Shown here in pieces: positions 29,406 to 38,508 of a stretch of 64,000 nt of DNA. Each line of letters opens with the position of its first letter. Position 1 is the first letter of the stretch. The position numbers and the translations under genes are program-made. The notes under the pieces are model-generated. The model saw only the letters and a program-made list of their open reading frames with translations, searched no databases and was not told where the DNA came from. The DNA is from an uncultured Planctomycetota bacterium (lineage in GTDB: Bacteria; Planctomycetota; PLA2; JAEUHO01), in assembly GCA_963752285.1 (NCBI GenBank), contig CAVVXN010000005.1, forward strand, positions 448,001 to 512,000, given 5' to 3'.

Positions 29406-31034
29406 ATGTTCAACGCGTTCCCGCGACTCGATGCCCCCGCGAACGAACCCATCCGCGCCTACCGGCCCGGAGACGAGGCGACCCGCGCGCTGAAGGCACG
29501 CCTCGCCGAGATGGCGGGCGAGACGATCGAGGTCCCGCTGATCGTCGGCGGGCGCGAGGTGCGCACCGGGAACCTGGCCGAGCACCGCTGCCCCCACGAC
29601 CACGCGAACGTGCTCTGCCGGTACCACACGGCGACGCCGGAGGTCGTCAGGGACGCGGTCCGCGCGAGCCAGGAGGCGTGGAAGCAGTGGGCCGCACTCG
29701 GCGCGACCACGCGCCTCGCCGTGTTCCTCCGCGCGGCGGAGCTCCTGGCCGGCCCGTGGCGCGACACCCTGAACGCCGCCACGATGCTCGGGCAGTCGAA
29801 GACCTGCCACCAGGCGGAGATCGACTCGGCGTGCGAGCTGATCGACTTCTACCGGTACAACCCGTACTACGCGCTGCACCGCGTCTACTCCGAGCAGCCG
29901 AAGAGCCCGCAGGGCATCTGGGACTACGTCGAGTACCGCCCGCTCGAGGGGTTCGTCTTCGCGGTGACGCCCTTCAACTTCACGTCGATCGCCGGGAACC
30001 TCCCCACCGCGCCCGCCATGATGGGCAACGTCGTGCTGTGGAAGCCGGCGTCGTCCACCATCCTCTCGAACTACTACCTGATGCGGCTCTGGGAGGAGGC
30101 GGGCCTGCCGCCGGGCGTGATCAACTTCGTGCCCGGCCCCGGGGCGTCCGTCGGCGACCCCGTCCTCTCGGCTCCCGAGCTCGCCGGTATCCACTTCACC
30201 GGCTCGACCGCCGTGTTCCAACGCATGTGGCGCCAGATCGGCGAGCGCATCGCGACGTACCGCACCTACCCGCGGATCGTCGGCGAGACCGGGGGCAAGG
30301 ACTTCATCTTCGTCCACGCCTCCGCCGACGCGGAGGAGGTCGTGGCCAACGCGATCCGCGGCGCGTTCGAGTTCCAGGGCCAGAAGTGCTCCGCCGCGAG
30401 CCGGATGTACGTTCCGAAGAGCCGGTGGAAGGAGATCCGTGACCGTCTCGTCGCCGAGATCGCCGGGATCTCCATGGGCGACACGAGCGACTTCCACAAC
30501 TTCATGGGCGCCGTGATCGACGAGGGCGCATTCGACACGATCACGGGCTACATCGACGCCGCCCGGTCGTCTTCGAAGGCCCAGATCCTCTGCGGCGGCG
30601 GCTCGGACCGCACGACGGGCTGGTTCATCGAGCCCACGGTCATCGAGTGCGAGGACCCCCGGTTCAAGACGATGGCCGAGGAGATCTTCGGCCCCGTGCT
30701 CTCCGTGCACGTGTACGACGACGCGCGTCTCGAGGAGGCGCTCGACCTCTGCGACACGACCAGCCCCTACGCGCTGACGGGCGCGGTGTTCGCGAAGGAC
30801 CGCGCGGCCGTCGAGCGGATCGGCGCCCGCCTCCGCTACGCCGCCGGCAACTTCTACGTGAACGACAAGCCGACCGGCGCGGTGGTGGGCCAGCAGCCGT
30901 TCGGGGGCGCGCGCGCCTCGGGCACCAACGACAAGGCCGGCAGCCCGATGAACCTGCTCCGCTGGGTGAGCGCGCGGGCCGTGAAGGAGAACCTGCTCCC
31001 CGCGCGGGGCTGGCGCTACCCCTTCTTGGGGTAG
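29406..31034 (+). CDS. pruA: L-glutamate gamma-semialdehyde (P5C) dehydrogenase
   Basis: NEP, QAEID.ACELIDF, PFNFTSI, FTGST, GETGGK, GQKCSA, EEIFGP, QPFGGARASGTNDKAG. Confidence 0.96.
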   Translation: MFNAFPRLDAPANEPIRAYRPGDEATRALKARLAEMAGETIEVPLIVGGREVRTGNLAEHRCPHDHANVLCRYHTATPEVVRDAVRASQEAWKQWAALGATTRLAVFLRAAELLAGPWRDTLNAATMLGQSKTCHQAEIDSACELIDFYRYNPYYALHRVYSEQPKSPQGIWDYVEYRPLEGFVFAVTPFNFTSIAGNLPTAPAMMGNVVLWKPASSTILSNYYLMRLWEEAGLPPGVINFVPGPGASVGDPVLSAPELAGIHFTGSTAVFQRMWRQIGERIATYRTYPRIVGETGGKDFIFVHASADAEEVVANAIRGAFEFQGQKCSAASRMYVPKSRWKEIRDRLVAEIAGISMGDTSDFHNFMGAVIDEGAFDTITGYIDAARSSSKAQILCGGGSDRTTGWFIEPTVIECEDPRFKTMAEEIFGPVLSVHVYDDARLEEALDLCDTTSPYALTGAVFAKDRAAVERIGARLRYAAGNFYVNDKPTGAVVGQQPFGGARASGTNDKAGSPMNLLRWVSARAVKENLLPARGWRYPFLG

Positions 31035-31277
31035 GGCCCGTCCGTGAATCCCTCTCGCTCTCGCATCCCGGCGTCCCGCCCGCTCCGACGGCCTCTCCGC
31101 CGCGGGTCCCTCCAGGGAGCGGGCGTTCCGCCTGCGGAGCCGCTCCCGCGTCGCCGCCGAATCTGATCCCGATCCGGGCGCGATCGGCCCGACGTGTTCC
31201 CGGCCCGGCCCCGGGCGGCACCCCGCCGCGCGGCCCGCCGGCACGCCCGCCGACCCCGGGGCGGGGCGTCGTGGGCG

Positions 31278-31781
31278 TCAGCCGGCCTTCGGCGGGGGCG
31301 GGAGGGTCGTGTCGCGCAGGGTGGCCTCCGCGCGGAGCGCCTTCACGCGCTCCTGGACCTCCGGCTTCGCCACGCCCAGGATCTGCGCGGCGAGGATCGC
31401 GGCATTCCGCGCGCCGGCCTTCCCGATCGCGAGCGTCCCGACCGGCACCCCGCCGGGCATCTGGGCGATCGAGAGGAGGGCGTCGAGGCCGTCCGTCGCC
31501 CAGCCCTTCATGGGGACGCCCAGGACGGGGCGGGCGGTCAGGCTCGCCACCACGCCCGGCAGGGCCGCGGCGCCCCCCGCGGCGGCGATGAATACGAGCG
31601 CGCCCCTCGACTCCACGTCGGCGACCCAGGCCTGGAGCACGTGGGGTTGGCGGTGGGCCGAGATGGCCCGCGCCTCGTGCGAAACGCCCAGCTTCTCGAG
31701 CTCCTGGCTCGTGTGGCGCATGGTGTCCCAGTCCGAGGGCGAGCCCATGACCACGGCGACGAGGGGCGGGGCGTCGTTCAT
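31278..31781 (-). CDS. purE: N5-carboxyaminoimidazole ribonucleotide mutase
   Basis: VMGSPSD, SAHR, AAGGAAALPG, PVLGVP, GLDALLSI.QMP.GVPV.T. Confidence 0.96.
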   Translation of the reverse strand: MNDAPPLVAVVMGSPSDWDTMRHTSQELEKLGVSHEARAISAHRQPHVLQAWVADVESRGALVFIAAAGGAAALPGVVASLTARPVLGVPMKGWATDGLDALLSIAQMPGGVPVGTLAIGKAGARNAAILAAQILGVAKPEVQERVKALRAEATLRDTTLPPPPKAG

Positions 31782-31867
31782 CGGGTCCTCCTCCGAGGGG
31801 GGATTCAACCATCCGCCGGGGCCGCGTGGGGGCCTCCCCGGCTCGGGGGGGCGTAGCATGCCGCGCC

Positions 31868-34615
31868 GTGCGACGCATCCGACTCACGCTGGCCCTGCTC
31901 CTTCTCCTCGGACTCGCCCCCGGCGCGGCCGCGGACGACGCCCCGCTCCACCTCGCTTTCGAGCGATACGTGCTGGACAACGGCCTGACCGTCATCCTGC
32001 ACGAGGACCATCGCCTCCCCCTCGTGGCGACCGACCTCTGGGTCCGGGTCGGCGCGGCGGACGAGCCGCCGGGCCGCTCCGGTTTCGCGCACCTCTTCGA
32101 GCACCTGATGTTCATGGGCACGGAGCGCGTGCCCCACGGTCGCTTCGACGAGATCATGGAGGAGGGCGGCGCCTCCAACAACGCCGACACCGACTTCGAC
32201 CGCACCGAGTTCCACGCGCTCGGACCCGCGCGCATGCTGCCGACGCTCCTGTGGCTCGAGGCCGAGCGGCTCGACGCCCTCGGCCGCTCCATGACGCAGG
32301 AGAAGCTCGACCTGCAGCGCGACGTCGTGAACAACGAACGGCGCGAATCGTACGAGGCGTCTCCGGACGGCGAGCTCTGGTTGCAGCTCTACCCGCGCAT
32401 GTTCCCCCGCGGGCATCCGTACCACGACCCCGTGATCGGCTCGCCCCGCGACCTCGCGCGGGCGACCGTGGAGGACGTGCGCGAGTTCTTCGAGTCGTAC
32501 TACGTCCCGAACGACATGTCGCTCGTGGTGGCCGGCGACTTCGACCCGACCGTCGTACGACGTCTGGTCGGCGATCTCTTCGGGGGCCTCCGCTGCGGTC
32601 TCGACCTCCCGCGTCCCTCGGCGCCGCCCGCGCGCCTCGACGCCCCCGCGCGGATCGTCCTCCGGCGCGACGTCGAGGCCGCGCGCCTCCTCCTCGCGTG
32701 GCACGCGCCCGCCCAGTACGCCCCGGGCGACGCCGAGATGGACCTCCTGGCGGACATCCTCGCGGGTGGGGACGAGAGCCGCCTCGTCCGGCGGCTGGTG
32801 CACCAGGATGCCGTCGCCACCGACGTCTCGGCCTGGCAGGAGAGCTTGCGGCTCGGTTCCCTCTTCTGCGTGCTCGTGACCGCGCCCGCGGACGCCGACC
32901 GGGGCGCGATCGAACGGGCGGTCGGCGAGGTGCTGGCCGACGTCCGCGAGAAGGGCGTCACGGACGCGGAGGTCCGGCGTTCGGCCTCCAAGATCCAGAC
33001 GGGCGACGTCGCCGACCTGCAGTCGCTCGTGGACGTCGCGGGCCGCCTGAACGACTACGAGACCGCGTTCGGCACGCCGGACGGCCTCGCGCGCGACCTG
33101 CGGCGGTACGCCGACGCGAGCCCGGCGACGGTGGACGACCACGCCCGTCGGGTCCTGGGCGCGCCGGGCCTCACGATGTGGCTCGTCCCCTCGGGCGGCG
33201 AGGGCCATCTCGACACGCGCCCCGAAGACCTCCCCCCCCGGCCCGCGCCGACGCCCGTACCCACGACGTTTCGCCTCGCGAACGGGCTCACGGTGTGGTT
33301 CCTCCCGCGGCACGACGTGCCGCTCGTCTCCGCGCGCCTCCTCCTGCCCGGCGGCGGGTCGCTCGACGGTCCGACCGAGAGCGGCGAGACCGCGCTCGCA
33401 TCCGGTCTGAGCCTCGAGGGGGCCGGACCCCTCGACGCGCCGACCTTCGCGGAGAAGGTCGCCGAGGCCGGCACGCGCATCGACGTCAGCACCGACCGCG
33501 AGGCGACCACGTACTCGTTCGTGGCCCTGCGCGCGCACGCCGACGACGCCATGGGCCTCCTCGCGCTCGCCGTCACGAGCCCCCGGCTCGAGGAGGGCAC
33601 GTTCCAGCGCCTGAAGGAGCGCCGTCTCGAGGGCCTCGCCGAGGACGCCGAGGACCCCGACGCCCTCGCCCAGCGCGTGGCGTGGGACGCGTACCTCGCG
33701 CCGCGCGTCCCCGCGCTCGCCCGTGCGGCGGACGGCACCCCGGCGTCGGTCGGCCGGCTGGACGTCGCCACCGTGGCGGGCGCGTGGCGCCGCGGGGCGC
33801 GGCCCGACGGCGCGGTGCTCCTCGTCGCGGGCGACCTCCAGCCCGACGAGGCCCGCGCGCTCGCCGAACGGGCCTTCGGCGGGTGGACGGCGCCGGCCGG
33901 CGACGCGTCGCCGCCGGCGCCCGCCGCGGTAGCGCCCGCGGGCGCGGCGACCGCGGGGGCGGCGTCGCCCGGCGCGGGCATCGTCCGGGTCGTCTTCGTG
34001 GACCGGCCCGGCGCCACCCAGACGACGATCCGCCTGCTCCTTCCGGCGCCGGCCTGGGGCGATCCGGACCGTCAGGGGTTCCGGGCGCTCGGGCTGGCGC
34101 TCGGCGGCGTGTTCTCGAGCCGGCTCAACGCGAGCCTGAGGGAGTCGCACGGCTGGACGTACGGCGCCTACGCGAACGTCGTCCCCGAGGGGCCGATCGG
34201 GGTGCTCGACGTGGGCACGTCGGTCGAGACCTCGGTCACGGGCCCCGCGCTGGCCCAGACGCTCGCCGAGATCCGGCGCCTCGCGAAGGGCGACCTGACG
34301 GCGGAGGAGGCGTCGAAGGCGATCCGCACGCTCTCCCAGCTCACCGTCGAGTCGCTCGCCACGCTCGGCGAGACGCTCGGCCTCTTCGAGCCCTTCGCGA
34401 GGCACCGAAGCCCGCCCGAGGCCCTCCTCGCCGAGGCGCGGGACACCGCGAAGCTCGACGCCGACGTCCTGAACGCGCTGGCGCGCAAGCGGCTGACGCT
34501 GGACGGCGGCGTGCTCGTCCTCGTCGGAGATCGCTCCGCGTGGGGCGAGCCCCTGAAGGACCTCGGCCTTCCCGAGCCCCGCGTGCTCACGCCGGAGGAG
34601 GCGCTCTCGCACTGA
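31868..34615 (+). CDS. Secreted M16-family (pitrilysin-like) zinc metallopeptidase with fused halves
   Basis: Signal peptide; L.NGL.V, GFAHLFEHLMF (HXXEH), NA.T..DRT; second LANGL half; SRL...LRE..G.TY. Confidence 0.93.
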   Translation: MRRIRLTLALLLLLGLAPGAAADDAPLHLAFERYVLDNGLTVILHEDHRLPLVATDLWVRVGAADEPPGRSGFAHLFEHLMFMGTERVPHGRFDEIMEEGGASNNADTDFDRTEFHALGPARMLPTLLWLEAERLDALGRSMTQEKLDLQRDVVNNERRESYEASPDGELWLQLYPRMFPRGHPYHDPVIGSPRDLARATVEDVREFFESYYVPNDMSLVVAGDFDPTVVRRLVGDLFGGLRCGLDLPRPSAPPARLDAPARIVLRRDVEAARLLLAWHAPAQYAPGDAEMDLLADILAGGDESRLVRRLVHQDAVATDVSAWQESLRLGSLFCVLVTAPADADRGAIERAVGEVLADVREKGVTDAEVRRSASKIQTGDVADLQSLVDVAGRLNDYETAFGTPDGLARDLRRYADASPATVDDHARRVLGAPGLTMWLVPSGGEGHLDTRPEDLPPRPAPTPVPTTFRLANGLTVWFLPRHDVPLVSARLLLPGGGSLDGPTESGETALASGLSLEGAGPLDAPTFAEKVAEAGTRIDVSTDREATTYSFVALRAHADDAMGLLALAVTSPRLEEGTFQRLKERRLEGLAEDAEDPDALAQRVAWDAYLAPRVPALARAADGTPASVGRLDVATVAGAWRRGARPDGAVLLVAGDLQPDEARALAERAFGGWTAPAGDASPPAPAAVAPAGAATAGAASPGAGIVRVVFVDRPGATQTTIRLLLPAPAWGDPDRQGFRALGLALGGVFSSRLNASLRESHGWTYGAYANVVPEGPIGVLDVGTSVETSVTGPALAQTLAEIRRLAKGDLTAEEASKAIRTLSQLTVESLATLGETLGLFEPFARHRSPPEALLAEARDTAKLDADVLNALARKRLTLDGGVLVLVGDRSAWGEPLKDLGLPEPRVLTPEEALSH

Positions 34616-34659
34616 TCCGGTCGCCTGTGCTGGCTCGCGCCCGCGCCGGGCCGCGTCGG

Positions 34660-35709
34660 TCACAGCGCCTCGCTCAGGACCGCGATCGACCCGCCCCAGC
34701 CCGCGCCCTGGAGCCGCGCGCCGAACACCTCGGGCTCCTCCATGAGCTCCGCCACCCGGAGGTCGATGGCGGGGAGCGACGACTCGAAGTCTTTCGAGAG
34801 ACTTTCGTGGCCCTCGCGCATGAGACGACCGACCATTGGCGCGTCGCCGGCCGCGAGGGCCTCGACGGCGCGACGCACGCGCGCCACCTCGGTCACGACG
34901 TGGCGCGCCCGTCGGCGGAGCGGATCGGGGAGGGCGGGCTCGATCTCCGCGAACGCCTCGGGGGCGAGGTCCACGAGCGCGCGCACGTCGGGGCGCAGGC
35001 GCCGCACGTGCCGGAGCGCCTCGGCGAGCTCCGATCGGCGCTCGTTGTACGGCGTACGGTCGAGCCGGCGCCGGATGCCCGTGGACTCCGGCTCGAGCAC
35101 CACGCCCTTCGGCAGCGCGAGGGTCTCGTGCACGAGCTGGCGCGTGTCGAGGTGCACCACGAGGTCCGGGGTGCCGACCATCCCGACGTACGGGTCGAGC
35201 GGCCCGCACGCGACCCCGCCCCAGTCGCGCTCGATCGCGGCGACGTCGCGCGCGACGACGGCCGGGTCCTCCGGCCGGTCGGTCGCGCGGAGCACCGCAA
35301 GGACGAGCGCCGTGACGTACGCCGCGGACGAGGCGAGCCCCTGGTGGGGAGGGAGGTCGCCGTACGCGACGAGGTTCAGGCCGGGGAGGCGCCACCCGCC
35401 CTCCTGGAGGCGCGCGAACACGCCGCGCGCGAGGTCGGCCCAGTGCCGGCCCGAGCGCACGAGTCGTTCGAGCTCGAACACGTCCGACGCGCGGGCGTTC
35501 AGGGCGTGGAGCATCACGCGCCGGTCGGGCCGTATGCCGTACGCCACGTGGACGCCCTCGGGCAGGGCGACGGCGAGTACGGGGCCGCCCTGGTGGTCGA
35601 GGTGCTCGCCGAGGAGGACGAGCCTCCCCCGGGCGAACGCGACGCCCGACGGGGCCCCCCCGACCCGGGCGGCGTAGTAGAGCTCGGCGCGGGTGCTCGC
35701 CGACGGCAC
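34660..35709 (-). CDS. galK: Galactokinase (GHMP kinase)
   Basis: GR..LLGEHLD..GG.VL, GDLP..QGLASSAA, YNERR.E, RRARHVVTE..RV, GARLQGAGWGG; start approximate. Confidence 0.85.
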   Translation of the reverse strand: MPSASTRAELYYAARVGGAPSGVAFARGRLVLLGEHLDHQGGPVLAVALPEGVHVAYGIRPDRRVMLHALNARASDVFELERLVRSGRHWADLARGVFARLQEGGWRLPGLNLVAYGDLPPHQGLASSAAYVTALVLAVLRATDRPEDPAVVARDVAAIERDWGGVACGPLDPYVGMVGTPDLVVHLDTRQLVHETLALPKGVVLEPESTGIRRRLDRTPYNERRSELAEALRHVRRLRPDVRALVDLAPEAFAEIEPALPDPLRRRARHVVTEVARVRRAVEALAAGDAPMVGRLMREGHESLSKDFESSLPAIDLRVAELMEEPEVFGARLQGAGWGGSIAVLSEAL

Positions 35710-35801
35710 GAGGCAGGTCTCCGCCAGAGGGTGGCCGCACAGGGTAGCGGACGACGGGCGGAAACGGACGGCCTCCCGTGTCGGATGCCCGCCCGGACGA
35801 G

Positions 35802-36039
35802 CCGTGAAGCACGCGCCGTGTTCGACGGAAGTCTCGATGCAAGGCCGAGTTGCGATTGCGAGAACATCACGCCTCCGTCTACGGGGTGTCCTGCGCGCGC
35901 CGGGGCCCCGAGGACGGGACGGTGTGCAAAGGTGGCGCCTCCGAGTCCGTTCCCGTGATGGGGGGGCGCCGACGACGCGAAACGCCGTCATCGGGGTCCT
36001 GGCGTGCACAGGGCCGCGTGATTTACGACGGTTCATGGC
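35802..36039 (+). repeat. Dispersed intergenic element, copy 2
   Basis: Homologous to the reverse complement of 722-944; lies between divergent galK and folE and ends 22 nt before the folE ATG. Confidence 0.8.
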
Positions 36040-36061
36040 TGATCCGGGCTAGGTTCGGGCC

Positions 36062-36697
36062 ATGGACCCGTCCTCGCCGCGACTCGACAAGGTGATCCTC
36101 CCGGAGTCCAGCGAATGGACCGCCGAGGGGATCGGCGCCGGGCGCCTCGGCGACCTCGCTGGGCACGTGAAGGGCCTCCTCGAGTGCGTGGGGGAGGACC
36201 CGGCCCGCGAGGGCCTTCGGCTCACGCCCGAGCGCGTCGCGCGGAGCCTCGCCTTCCTCACCCGGGGCTACCGCCAGGACCCCGAGGAGATGCTGAAGGA
36301 CGCCGTCTACACGAGCGACACCGACGAGATGGTGGTCGTCAAGGACATCGAGCTCTACAGCCTCTGCGAGCACCATATGCTGCCCTTCTTCGGGCGCGCG
36401 CACGTGGCCTACCTGCCGCGGAAGCACATCGTCGGGCTGTCGAAGCTCGCGCGCGTCGTGGACGTCTACGCGAGCCGTCTCCAGGTCCAGGAACGCCTGA
36501 CCACCCAGATCGCCGAGGCCGTGCAACGCGCCCTGGAGCCGCGGGGCGTCGGCGTGCTGATCGAGGCGCAGCACCTCTGCATGATGATGCGCGGCGTGGC
36601 GAAGCAGAACAGCAGCACGGTGACGTCGTGCATGCTCGGCGGCTTCCGGAGCGACCCGAAGACGCGCACCGAGCTCCTGGACATCATCCGGCGCTGA
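36062..36697 (+). CDS. folE: GTP cyclohydrolase I
   Basis: [48 protein letters not shown]. Confidence 0.97.
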   Translation: MDPSSPRLDKVILPESSEWTAEGIGAGRLGDLAGHVKGLLECVGEDPAREGLRLTPERVARSLAFLTRGYRQDPEEMLKDAVYTSDTDEMVVVKDIELYSLCEHHMLPFFGRAHVAYLPRKHIVGLSKLARVVDVYASRLQVQERLTTQIAEAVQRALEPRGVGVLIEAQHLCMMMRGVAKQNSSTVTSCMLGGFRSDPKTRTELLDIIRR

Positions 36698-36758
36698 GCG
36701 GCGCACGGGCCGTACGGCGTCGGACGGGTCCCCGGGGGTGCGACGCGGGGCGCGCGGA

Positions 36759-37181
36759 TCAGCGCAGCGGCGTCGGGACCCCGCGCGGCAGGGGGCGGCG
36801 GTCCGCGAACCCCTGCGACGCGGAGTGCCACCACAGCACCTCGGCCTCGCCGGGCCGCCAGCAGAGGAACGCCGGCTCGCCGTTCACGATCGTCGGGAAG
36901 TCCACGAGACCCGTCTCGAGGTCCCGGAGCTCCACGCCGAGCTCGTCGAGCTCCCGCAGGTACCGCTCCACGCGCGAGGACGCGGCCTGCACGTGGTCGC
37001 GCAGCGTCGCGAGGCGTTCCTCCGCCCCGCCGCTCACCACGGTCTCGGCCTCGAGGGCGCGCTGCTCGCGGCCGGCCGCGCGGAGCGAGTGGAACTCCTC
37101 CACGACGTCCCGCACGATCGAGCGCACGAGGGGAAGCGTGCGATTCGCGGTGTCCGTCTCGTAGAGCGTCCGCTGACCCAT
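36759..37181 (-). CDS. DUF2203-like protein
   Basis: AN.TLP.V..IV, LGV.LRD...GLVDFP......LCWR.GE....WH....GF..RRP. Confidence 0.85.
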   Translation of the reverse strand: MGQRTLYETDTANRTLPLVRSIVRDVVEEFHSLRAAGREQRALEAETVVSGGAEERLATLRDHVQAASSRVERYLRELDELGVELRDLETGLVDFPTIVNGEPAFLCWRPGEAEVLWWHSASQGFADRRPLPRGVPTPLR

Positions 37182-37340
37182 CCGACGGCCCTCCCGGCGG
37201 CGGCCCGCCACCTGAAGAGGTAATCGGGCAAACGCCCCGCCGGGCTGAGCCCCGATCCGTGACCTCGCCCCGGGCCGCACCGGCGGTCGATTCTCCGCGC
37301 GGCTCCGACAGGCCCGCGCGCGGTCCACGCCGGCGGGCGC

Positions 37341-38174
37341 TCAGGCGGCCTCGATCGACACCTCGACCTCGTCCATGACGATTTCCCGCAACATCTCGCG
37401 GGCGACGGCCTGTGCACCGCGCGGGCTGAGGCCCGCCCCGGGCTGGGACGTGCGGACGTGCAGGACGACGCCCCGATCCGTCATCCCCACGTCACGAAGG
37501 GGGATGCGGTGCGCGGCGAGGAAGGGTCCCACCCGCGCCCACGCGATGCGTGCGAGGGGCGCCATGTCGCGCGGGGGCGGCGGCCAGGGCGCGCCCGCCT
37601 CCTCGTGGAGGAGGAGCAGGAGGTCGGAGCGACACGAGCGGCAGCCCGTGCACGCGCCGCACGCCTCGCCGATCTCCTCGGGCGTCCGGGCCCCCTGGTG
37701 GATGGCGCGACGGATCTGGCGGTCGCCGACCGTGAGGCAGCGGCACACGAGGATCCCCTCCGACGGGTCGGCGGGTCGGCAGCCCGGGAGGCCGAGCGCA
37801 CAGCGCAGCGCCTCGACGGCGAAGACGGCGCCTCGGTGGACGGCGTGGGGCAGTCGCGCCGCGCACGGACCGGCGAGCCCGTCGAGCAGGTCCTCCGGCG
37901 TGATGGCCGCCGCGGCCTCCGGCGTCATGCCGACGAGGTAGCCCGAGAGGTACGACGCCGCGGGCAGCGCGGCGGGGCTCCCGAACGCGCGGGCCGCCGC
38001 GTCGCGGATCACCGCGTCGCCCTCCGGGCCCGGGCGCCAGCGGAGGGTCACGCGAACGCCGAGGCCGCTGACCATGCTGCCGCGCTGGCCGGTGGCCTCG
38101 GGCGCAGGCAGATCGTCCTGGCCGCGCGGATCGGCGAGGTGCTCGACGTAGAGGTCGGGGAGAGGATGGATCAC
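37341..38174 (-). CDS. NifU-architecture protein (IscU-like + BFD-like [2Fe-2S] + Nfu-like) with degenerate scaffold cysteines
   Basis: Colinear with NifU; VCRC...CTGCRSC BFD motif intact; start approximate. Confidence 0.75.
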   Translation of the reverse strand: MIHPLPDLYVEHLADPRGQDDLPAPEATGQRGSMVSGLGVRVTLRWRPGPEGDAVIRDAAARAFGSPAALPAASYLSGYLVGMTPEAAAAITPEDLLDGLAGPCAARLPHAVHRGAVFAVEALRCALGLPGCRPADPSEGILVCRCLTVGDRQIRRAIHQGARTPEEIGEACGACTGCRSCRSDLLLLLHEEAGAPWPPPPRDMAPLARIAWARVGPFLAAHRIPLRDVGMTDRGVVLHVRTSQPGAGLSPRGAQAVAREMLREIVMDEVEVSIEAA

Positions 38175-38304
38175 GAGGTCGGGACCGACGTCCGGCGGGG
38201 TGACCGAACTGGGCCCGGGAGGAGACGTTCCTCCCCGCCCGGATCGTCCCGAGTCTATTCTCAACGCGGATACGGTCGCATTCCTGCCGGAGGGTCTCTC
38301 GACG

Positions 38305-38508
38305 ATGGACAAGATCTACAAGAAGCTCGAGGTGGTGGGCGTGAGCGAGACTTCCCTATCGGACGCCGTCCAATCCGCGATCCACCACGCGGGCGAGACC
38401 GTCCGGAACATCTCCTGGTTCGAGGTCTGTGAGATGCGCGGCGCGGTCGCCGACGGGAAGATCACGCAGTACCAGGTGACGGTGAAGCTCGGCTTCCGCC
38501 TGGAGTAG
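38305..38508 (+). CDS. Dodecin (flavin-binding)
   Basis: YKKLEVVG.S..S..DAV..AI..A..T.RNI.WFEV.E.RG....G.I..YQVT.K.GFRLE. Confidence 0.93.
   Translation: MDKIYKKLEVVGVSETSLSDAVQSAIHHAGETVRNISWFEVCEMRGAVADGKITQYQVTVKLGFRLE

Noticed and set aside
31110..31150. GC hairpin between convergent pruA and purE as an intrinsic terminator
   Set aside because: A stem is possible (GGGAGCGG...CCGCTCCC) but there is no U-tract on either strand
31309..35958. Very long alternative ORFs (1549 aa here; also 31805-35842, 38316-41909, 38645-42121 and many others)
   Set aside because: Arg/Pro/Gly-rich shadow frames of real genes, expected where high GC makes stop codons rare; no motifs
37190..37340. GGGCAAAC upstream of the DUF2203-like gene as a c-di-GMP-I riboswitch
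   Set aside because: Lies on the opposite strand to that gene and lacks the GAAA tetraloop and GCAAAG elements
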